Positions 54,101 through 64,000 of a stretch of 64,000 nucleotides of DNA are shown here, in pieces. The stretch comes from Ptychomitrium polyphyllum (taxonomy: Eukaryota): the NCBI GenBank assembly GCA_973851085.1, contig OZ316776.1, forward strand, positions 1,426,001-1,490,000, written 5' to 3'. The first letter of the stretch is position 1. Each line of letters opens with the position of its first letter. Made by a program: the position numbers and the translations under genes. The notes under the pieces were generated by a model that worked only from the letters and a program-made list of their open reading frames with translations, had not been told where the DNA came from and made no database searches.

Positions 54101-54862
54101 ATAATATTTGTAAGCTTAACAAAAAGTTATATGATGCATCAAAAAAACAAAAACAACAAGGGAATATAGGGAGAGTTGCTTGAAACCCTAAATCTTACTT
54201 ATCTTAAACCTAAATACATCTAAGGACTGTAACTTCATTTCTATAAGCCATAATAGGAAGGCAATACACAATTATTTCCTTGAAGTTATATCTACAATGA
54301 CAATGATGTTGGCAAGGTGGAATAATAGCATTGGAACCACCAATATCTAACCTTGAAATACTCTGCGCAAGAGTTTTAAATTAGCTGGGGACATCTTGAA
54401 TTCTAATACTTGGTTGTTTCGATCTATACCGTTGTAGTAGAAATTGCATTTCAAAAGTTGTTAATTTTGACTTTGGAAAACCTTCATTTTAGACACACAT
54501 CCTCTAAGACACAAAGAATCCTAACTCCGGGGCGAGGGTGACACAAAAAGGTGTTGCACGCTTTAGGAGTGGTGGTGGGACCCATTTGGAAGCTGGGCAT
54601 GGGTAATGTCTCGGGTATGGGGGCGGGTTGGACATTGCGAAGAGTCTCGGGAGAGTTAGAGTAAACGACAGCTGGCCATTGCAGTACGTGGCAGCAGCAG
54701 CCGCTCTATCCCTCACTACAGTGGATTTAACCTCCTCAGAGCCAAATTCAACGAGAAGAGAAGCAAGAGCAGGCAGCACTCAGCAAGATCTGCTTCCGAA
54801 ATACTCACACAAACTCTCTCCTTAAACTCCCGGCTTGACTTCACTCATGCAAGTAAGCATCT

Positions 54863-56973
54863 TCATGACATCGCTGATAGAGAGTTCTGTTGAGAACACA
54901 TCTGGATACCAAACGAATTTCTAAAGGTAGAGGTTGGCGATTCCGTTGATGCCTTTGCAGGCCGCTTCGCACGCCCTGATTTCGACTTGGATTGCGACGC
55001 AGAGAAGCTAGAACTGAGCAGATCATTGATGGAGATGTGAGGCATGTCTCCCAGAGATGCCACTGGCCTGCCCTCGGGCACTTCAGGGGCGTCCGCCTCG
55101 CCGGCTAACACTTTCACTACCTGCCGCATCGAAGGCCGAGAAGCCGCGTCAGGATGCGAGCACAACAAGCCCAGCTTTAGCACGGTGCACATCTCGTCAG
55201 GATCGAAATGGTTTTGCAACGTGCGATCTGCAATGCTTACAATGGTCCCGTCTTTCCAGTGTCGCCACACCATGTTCACTAGTATCAAGTCGTTCATGCT
55301 CTCCACGCTCCCGTCGTAGGCCCTTCGGTCGCATGCGACCTCCAAGGCCACTGCACCGAACGCGAATACGTTGTTTTGTCTGTGAACCTGCCTCCTGCGG
55401 CTTCGGAGGCAGTGTAGCCGTACGTTCCGGCAACCATTATGGTGGCAGTGTGCTTTGAGTGGTCGACTAGGCGCGCCAGACCAAAGTCGCCGTGCTTGGC
55501 ATTGTACTCGTCGACCAGCATGATGTTGCTGTACTTGACGTTGCGGTGTATAACCTGCTGGCGCCATTCCTCGTGGAGATAGTGCAGAGCCAAGGCGGTG
55601 CCGGACACGATCTTCCACCTCTGGGTCCACGAGAGCACGCGCTCTGAGGATTCGGGTTTGAAGAGGGCCTGGTCGAGGCTGCCATTAGGCAAGAACTCGT
55701 ACATGAGCAGGAACTTGCCTCGGTCTCTGCAGAACTTCGTGAGCTCTACCACGTTGCGGTGCCTGAGCTGGCTGATGATCTTCACCTTTGCCAGAAATTC
55801 CTTTTCGCCTTGTCTGAAGTCGTTGCTCACCTTCTTCACCGCTAAGTGAACACCGGTCTTGGGCAAGACACCTCGGTACACGCTCCAAAACCCACCTTGG
55901 CTTAGTTTGGACCGATCGCTGAACTGTCTAGTGGCATCGCTGGGGTGCTTGTAGCTGATGAACTCCGGCATACCCGACATGTCCCGCAACCCTTCTTTGT
56001 CCCAAGACTCCTGTTGGGCGCGTTTCCTCTGGAGGTGCAGACAGACACCGATGGTGATGCTGAGAAGTGAGAGGAAGGTCCCACCACATACACCGGCAAC
56101 GAGTCCCACTTTCACGTTGGAGTTGGATGCGAATTCTGTTGAAATTTCAAAGCTTGTGAAGGTCCAGTCGTCCATGTAGTAGGCAGACCAGGAGTCTCCA
56201 ATCGAACCTGAAAATCCAATTTACATCTTCTCGTCCACTGCATCATAAAGATCATAGGAGCACGTCATAATAGGAGCACTTGGCCTAGATGAAGTGTTTG
56301 AAATCATGACCTCCATAATCTTTTCCTTCCCATCATACTTAATCCAAGCGCGAATTACAACCGGTTGAAAGAACGAAATATTGTATGATTGGGTGAGGTT
56401 AAAACATGTTGAAATGGGATCTGAAATATCGAAACTGACTTGCTCAAATTCTTTTGCTTTTTGGTTCGGAATTCAATACTGGGGATCAGTGTCTTCGTTT
56501 GCAAAACTGTCAAACTCAACAGCCACGACTTTAGGGCTAACGGCAGTGTTACTACCGAAGATGCCCAAACGCCCAGCTGCATCACCCTTCCAGCTGCTTG
56601 ACTTGGTCATCATAAACGTAAAACCATCCCCCAAAGACCATTGCTTCATTTGTTGTAATGTCACCATAGGTGACGAGCTGTAGTTCATGGGCTCTTCACG
56701 GAAGGTGAAACTGGTGTTGAAAGATGCCACTGTTTGTGTTGCTGGGTCCTTCATCCAGATGGGTGTGGTGTAATAGGTCACTCCCTTGACAGCTATCTTG
56801 GGATTTGTAATGTTGATTATGATAATAGTTTGATTGTCCTCAAGGAATTGACATTCGTCCAGGCAGCGTATTTCATCTTGCCTTGGGGGAGTGTGCATGG
56901 TGAAGTTATCGTTGACGGCAGCAAATATGGCATTAACAAGCATAAGCACCAGAATATGTCGGCAAGGGGCCAT
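54863..56973 (-). pseudogene. LecRK: L-type lectin receptor-like kinase, intronless and disrupted
   Basis: Signal peptide; legume-lectin motifs (VASFNTSFTF, GDGFTF, VVAVEFDSF); TM helix; kinase domain (LAVKKV, QLRHRNVV, YEFLPNGSLD, GDFG, AGTYGY, LGLLCSHPDAASRPSMRQVV). Lesions: stops at 56473-56475 and 56221-56223, a frameshift near 55370, HRD changed to HRN, and a degraded glycine loop LSQGGFWSV. Confidence 0.9.
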
Positions 56974-59119
56974 GGCTGCTTCTTATTTCTGGATTATGAT
57001 GATATTTCTGAAAGGATGATGAAGTTGAGAGAGAAAAAAGGTTGGTCTTTTTCCGATGTTGAAACAGTCTGCAGAAAGGGAAAGCCGTAAGTAAAAAATT
57101 TTGTACTTGCCGACTCCTTCGACATATTAGCTCGTAGAATTGTAACAGTCCTAGAACGACATTCCCCGTACACTTTTGCATGCAGGAGAATCGTGTTCAA
57201 TTTTTTTGATTTACTTCACATATATGCCATTTTCAATTTGAAGCCTTGCTGAGACACTTCTACGTGATGCACACTGATGAAACCACCTCATAGAACACTT
57301 CAAGTAGGGAAGGAACCATTCTATGTTTAAGGGAGGTTTTAGACTGCACCGTAAACATTTGTGCACACTTTGCATCATTTCCTAATAAGAGATTGTTATC
57401 CGACTATGCAAACCTTAACCGGTAGGACCATCGCAAGTCACCATGGTCCACACTTTTCTACTACGCAGTTGAAGTGGAAACACCGCATGCAAGGTGACTC
57501 ACCTGGGGCAACGTGATACTCGGCAACCCAACAGAAACGCACAAAAGTCACACAACCATTACACAGGCTAGTGGCAGAGTAATTATCCAAAGAGAAAAGT
57601 GTGCACCGACAGTTTCCTTGATAGTGGAGGCAGTGGCTCTACTGGTTTGAATTCACTGTCTAGTTGATCATATACCAGCACATGTTAGCAAACCTACAAG
57701 GCTCACGGGAGTGAAGACAGTTCGAAGCCAACATCAGGAAAGATGAATCTAGGACAATAATCGGGTGAGTCAAGAAAAGAATGCAACACCAATACTTATT
57801 ACTTCGCCTAACAACATCCACATATATTGCATCAGAATTAGACTAGTTGCCGGCTACAAAAAAGTTTATGAGCACCAGCAAAGTGCTCTGCTCCTAATTG
57901 CAACTGAAACTCAGGTTTAGAACTGCTTCCAAATGCATGTATCTTCGAGATACCAACTTGGTAGTGGTAGGAGATGGTGTGGGGGCAATGTGCCACTCTG
58001 CACTGCAGTTGTTACCGGCCATCAAGTCTACTACCCGGTACTATCCGGTACTATCAAGTTCCTCTACTAATACCATGGGATGATAGTTGTTAGTTTGTTT
58101 TGTGTTAGTTCAAACAACAGATATAAATCTAGAATTATAGGATTTGAAAATTTCAAGGATTAATATTTAAATCAAGAGAATTTGATGGTGTGGTGTATTA
58201 TTTTGATTAAGTTATATTTGAGGTTACTAAAGTACCTCATTTGTTGAATTAGCTATATTGTACTTGGCTCCTCTTTGTTGTTTATTACTGCCTTAGTAAT
58301 TTTTTTTTCATTGTTAGTTTTCATTTGTAGATTTCTTCATATCTAAATTTAGTAAACGGATGATTCTTGAAGGTCTTCAGGTTGAATGACTTATAGGTTT
58401 TATTTCCTTTGCAAAGTACGTCTAAGCATTTTTTGCAAGGTTCTAGCTAATGAATATGAGAATACCAAGATCTTCCATTAAATAATATTGGACCATTGGA
58501 CTACGTTGTTATATTCTAACATTAAAAATTAGTAACAATCATCAATAATATGTGACTTGTAAAATTGAAACTCCTAACAACCTATACTCAACTATGAAAA
58601 TTCTACAAAAAAAAAATCCAAAACACATTCTTAAGTCATATCCAAATCGACATAAATACAACATAAATACAAAACAATAGAAAAAAAAACACTTCATTTA
58701 TCCTAACCTCAAAAGTCTGAAGTTGCTCCTAAGGCAGGAACCCCGATCCCATCCATTCAAGGTGTAGTAGATCATCAGAATTCAAGCAGCAGAGCTTCAC
58801 ATACTACAAGTGGAATGTAATACGGGGTAGCAGGTTTCAGGGGTCCAATCCTAGCGGAAACTGGAACACACACTGCTCGGGTGGGGCAAGCTCGGCCTGG
58901 GCCCCACAGAAACGTGCAGCGCGGTGGTTGGGCAATGCGAGCAGGGGAAGGGTGGGACCCACATGGGGCACCAAGGGCGGCCCTCATGTGGCCAGGCCAG
59001 CGAGCACGAAATAACCACCAACTGTCACACCGCCACACCCTCCACGCTCCTCCTTGAGGGGAGAGGAGAGAGCTCCATCCCTTTCTTTCCTTTTGACCCA
59101 ATTGTGACAAAGGTGTCCC

Positions 59120-59213
59120 CACTCACTCACTCACTCACTCACTCACTCCACTCCACTGCACTGCACTGCACTGCACTCTACTCCACTCTCTCTGCCTTTG
59201 CAAGTTGCCACTC

Positions 59214-59250
<37 letters not shown>
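59120..59250. repeat. Compound microsatellite (CACT)n-(CACTG)n-(GT)n near the SDR transcription start
   Basis: About 7 CACT units, about 4 CACTG units and about 16 GT units, read directly. Confidence 0.9.
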
Positions 59251-59255
<5 letters not shown>

Positions 59256-60431
59256 TGGGTGCTGTGTTTCCACTACTGCTCGGCACTGCAGCGACCCAGG
59301 TATCATATTCACTGCCTTCCGTGCCATGCCATGCCATGCCATGGCTCTGCGCACCTCGGCGCCCTGGGTGGCGCCTGTGGTGTTGCAGCACCTGACGAAC
59401 GCTGGGGTGTTGATGTTTGATGTGTGCGGGAGTGGTTAGTGATGGCCACAGGGGTGTGCATGAGGTTGGATCATTGCATATTTGGTAAGGGGAGATCTGG
59501 TTGTATGGTTGGAGGCTAGACACATGGTGTGCGTGTTGCGGATTCGTTGCGGTGTGTTTGGTGAGAGGGTTGCACTTGTGTGGTTGGAGTGGTCTAGGAG
59601 TAGGGATCGTATTGCTTGATAGAGTGGGGCTAGAGTGGGGCTAGAGTGAATTAGTGTACTATGTTGTTCTGTCTTTACTTCCTGCAATTTCCATCTTACC
59701 CTAGGCTCATCATCATCATCATCACCATTTCCCTCTCTGCTTGGAGTTTATTTCTACGGCTTGCTTCGATTCTACTCTGCTTTTCTGATCTGTTCAATCC
59801 TTTGCAACGAGGATTCTGTCAGCCTGGAGTAGCAACGGGATCATGCATTCTCTGTTTTCTTTTCTGCTGTCGTACCGACTGCTTGCTTACTTGACGAGGC
59901 GTTGTGTTCACACTCCTTACTACTGTGCTACATACATACATACACTGTCTTCATTTCTTCGGATACAAACTCAGTCAGCATAGTACGCATAGGACATGCT
60001 TCATAGGCGACCGCTTCTGGTATTCGTGCTAGGCCGTTTTTGTCTGTTATGTTGGTTTACCCTAACTCACTTTGTGCACCTCCAATTTGGTTTTTCTTTT
60101 TCGGCTGAATTTTTAAAGGAGTACGAGGATGTCTTTTCGGCTTTTCTTTTGGGATAGTTGTGATGCAATTGATGTAGGAATAGGGCAACAAACTCGTGAA
60201 GGAGTAGGCCTAGTATGAGAGTTCACATGGTGGCTTGTTAGCGCGGAGTACGAGGAACAGTGGCAATCAATGAAATGTACTTGAATGGCACTCTTGGGTT
60301 TGTCAGTTTAATATTGAGAGCTTAACATGGTGTGCGTCGTGTAGTTTTATGTTGATTGCTATAGCAATTCTCTTTAGCATTGTTCTATTGTTGTGGCAGG
60401 GAGATTGGACGAGCGTAACGCTTAAAGAACG

Positions 60432-63115
60432 ATGGTTGGTATGTGGGCTTACCTGACAGGAGGTGCTGGGCCAAGCGGATTCGGTTCGCGTTCGACTGCT
60501 GAAGATGTTACTGCAGGGGCTGATCTCAGTTCTAAGACCATTGTCATAAGTGGTGATTTTCTCACTTCTAAACTTTATAGGCCCATGTGTATGTGTCACG
60601 GAGGTTAGCTCGTCCGTTTGAACGCTACAAGTATGTTAAGCGGCCTGATGAGATGAGTTCGAAGAAGAAATTCCGACTGCCTCTAGTTCTAGGTTGAAAT
60701 ACATCTCTCTCACACAGACCTGAGCCTTTTTTTCCACGTCGAGATCTGTATGAGTACAGAATGGGTTTGAGAAAAGTACGCAACATAGTACACATCTTAG
60801 TCTCGGCACTGTAAGAACAATTGCGTAGATTAATGCAGGGTTATAAGAATCTTGCTGATAATCTAATTGGTTTTTACAGGGGCGACGTCAGGGATTGGGA
60901 AGGAGACAGCGAGGGTGTTAGCTAAGAGAGGGGCTCACATAATTATGGCCATACGTAACCTAAAAACCGGCGAAGAAGTTAAGTCAGCAATTACGGAGGA
61001 AACCCCAAAAGCACGGGTAGACGTTATGAAGCTCGACCTCGCATCTTTGGCATCAGTGCGGCAGTTTGCTGACGAGTTTAAATCTCGAAAGCTCCCCCTC
61101 AATGTACTCATGTATGGGATTCTATGGCATTTTGATTCTGATTTGATGGCGATTATTGTCAGAAGTGCCGGCAAGGTCACGATTACAAGTAGCAATGAAT
61201 TATTTTTATGTTCTTTAATCCACCGACCAGATTAAGTCGTTCAAAGAAGATTTGAACGATATATTCCTACTGCTCCGGTTCACATGAGAAGGGAATCTAA
61301 CCTGTTTCGTGGGAGCGGTTGTTTATAGAAACAATGCAGGGTACATGTCAGGGAAGTTTGAGCAGTCAGCAGACGGACTTGAGAAGGTGTTTGCTACGAA
61401 TCAAGTTGGTCAGTAAGCTTAAGATCCTTAGCTTTTTTTTTCCCAATGTATATTCGTCTGTTTGCCACGCAACATGCGTCTTTCTCTACATGAATCGACT
61501 TTTGAGAGTTGATGGTACGTCATGTTTAGTAAGGCAAGTGATGTGCACTGGGTTACTCACTCTGATGCTTGTAACTAGTTCCAGAGAAAGATTGAATATG
61601 GGGGTTCTTTAACTGTGGGGTTTATGCTGCTCAGTTGAATCTTGTGAACAACTGCTATTGTGAATGTGGTTGTAGGCACATTCCTTCTGACGAAGCTTTT
61701 ACTTGGCACGTTAAAAGCCACCGCTAAGGAGACTGGAGAGGAAGGGCGTATTGTAAACGTTGCATCTGAGGCTCATAAGTATGCTTACAAGGGAGGAATT
61801 GTCTTTGACAAGCTGAATGACCCATCGAGGTATGGGAATGAGTTTGTACAATAGTATAACTTTAAGGATACCAATGAAGTTGTGAAGGAGTACGTAAAGC
61901 TGGCTTGTCCTAGTGAGCTTGTTCTCTTGTTCATTTGATGGCACAATACGTCAAAATTCGACTCTGTTCTGGGTCATTGATTACTTCAAATATGCCTTAG
62001 ATGTTTTGCCTTAGGTTTCTAAGGGTTACCACTCTATGTAGCTGCTTCATCTTTTAAGTCTGTTGACATGACCAGGTATCAATCAAGCATGGCTTACGGA
62101 CAGTCTAAACTAGCTAACATCTTACATGCGAAGGAGCTTGCAAAGCGTCTGAAGGTAACACCTGCCCTTAGAAAGTCTTAAGTATCCTGATTGACTCACG
62201 GAGGTTTGGTGTGTAGTTCAATCCAAGTTAGGACATTTTACAGCTAACAAGTTTGCCTTGCCTATCCCGGATCTGCCAATCATTGATACCGAATCTGATG
62301 TGATGATACAGGAAGAGGGAGCAAATGTGACAGCAAATGCACTTCATCCTGGTGTTATCTCCACAAATTTTGGAAAGGGGCAGAGCTTTTTGTTCAGTGG
62401 TAAAGTCAATAATCGTTACATTATTGAAGGCCTAGTTGAGCATTCGCATGTCATGATTGTGAATCTTAAAATATTGGGTTTTTGTGAAGACGCCCGGACG
62501 TAGCTTATTATCACTTCTAAAGCGGACATATATACGTCCGCGCGAGAGTTGATCTATTATTTCTTTATTTATATTATTCGTATTGCCCACGTAATAAGAT
62601 CAGCTGGTATGTCTTCTTATATGGTAGCACTACTACAGATATTTTACATATTTAATCGGCTCTACTTGTACGTTTGTCTTTGCAGAGGCAGCCCTTTCTC
62701 TTGTCAAGTTTGCTCTAAAAACGGTACCTCAGGTACAAGTCTACTACACTTTTGCAACTATAATTTGCTGGGGGTCGTGTCTGCTGCAGATTGAACACAT
62801 TGCTCTCGTGTAAGGTTTATGTCTGTAGTTACTTTGGTAGCACTTAAGTGGTGACCTGTTTGAAGTGCTCGTGCGCCATGCTGTGGGAATTTGGTCGCCG
62901 ACTGTTGTTATTTTTTTGAATATTAACAACGCATTCATGGACAACAGGGAGCTGCAACCACATGCTATCTTGCCACAAGTCCTCAGGTGAATGGGGTCTC
63001 TGGAAAATATTTCAAAGACTGCAATGGATATCCGCATGTGTCGTCGTGTGCCAATGATCCGGAGCTAGCAACAAAGTTGTGGGATTATAGTGAGGAATTC
63101 GTTTCAACACATTGA
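60432..63115 (+). CDS. Short-chain dehydrogenase/reductase, TIC32/retinol-dehydrogenase-like, multi-exon
   Basis: [27 protein letters not shown]...; [20 protein letters not shown] (GxxxGxG Rossmann motif); [28 protein letters not shown]; catalytic [49 protein letters not shown]. Introns are GT-AG. Confidence 0.94.
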
Positions 63116-64000
63116 GGAAGCCCTTTGGGGAACGAAATCATTAGAAACCGACAAGCGCCGTAGGAAAAACTGAATATTAGAGTTTAAAATGGAGTTTTTT
63201 GGGCGTGCACGATGATTATTCCGTAGCTGTTCATAGAATAAGTCGGTACAAGAGTTACAATTTGCTTAGCTTTGAAAACATCTTTGTAAAAATCGTAGCG
63301 CATTCTGAAGTGGTAAAATTTAGCAGTGCCTTAAGTTTGAAAGATAGTGTATAAACAAAACAGTTTTAATGAAGTTTTTCTGGATTTCTTGGAATTCTAT
63401 CCATTTGTGGATCATCAGACCGGGCACTGCATACTAGTTGGAGTTATGTGTACTGTAAACCATCACCCTTTTGAGTAAGTTTGGATGCTGAAACATACAC
63501 GAGCTTAGTTGGAATCTGTCTCGGTGTTTGTTATTTGAAATGTAAGTCCTCATTTACTTGCACACAGACTACTGATAACTCAGCTAGCAACATCAGTCAA
63601 ACGATGTGCAGAGTTATTTTTTGAACTAGCAGGGTGTCCTCCTGACAAGAGTTACCGATAGATTTCATCGAGTGACATGGCCTTTACACAGAACATTTTT
63701 GTGCATCAGTTCCTCCTATATGCCACACCTTCTGTATTAGAGGTATTTATGCCTGTAATGCTGTTCTTCTAACCCTCAAACTTTGCTTACATAGCATTCC
63801 CAGAAACATTTTATTAATGCGCCGTGTCAACTCCGAGCAGTCTGCTTTGGAGCTCGTCATTTTAATCACACCGTACTTGATGTCTATCCATAGAGGCATC
63901 AGATTAAAATGTGAGCGATCAATATTAGCTGCGCTCAACAGCTCCAGAACAACCATCTTCTAGGGTTTGGTGAACAGGAAAAGTAAGGCGAGCCCCACGC

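Noticed and set aside
63747..63956. 69-aa ORF at the window end
   Set aside because: It lies near the window edge and has no recognisable domain, so no call can be supported.

Overview
Eukaryotic nuclear DNA from a land plant, most likely a moss, judged from GT-AG spliced genes, plant-specific families, moss-like microsatellites and AT-rich intergenic blocks; the species cannot be fixed from sequence alone. Supported genes: an IQ67-domain (IQD) protein, tRNA-Lys(UUU), a plant mitochondrial ribosomal protein bL31m ORF, a conserved 'PPxLEDAGLEDxALP' unknown protein, a membrane-anchored WD40-like protein, a small single-TM protein, an AGD14/AGFG-type ArfGAP, the Rab geranylgeranyltransferase beta subunit, a disrupted L-type lectin receptor kinase and a TIC32-like short-chain dehydrogenase. 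The best finding is an apparently bicistronic nuclear transcript: the bL31m stop codon is followed immediately by a splice donor, and splicing places the ATG of a second conserved gene 2 nt after that stop (TAG-AT-ATG). The RabGGT-beta gene also carries a U12-type intron, an antisense alpha-tubulin fragment in the next intron and a candidate intronic box C/D RNA. All family assignments come from motif recognition by eye; no database search was run.
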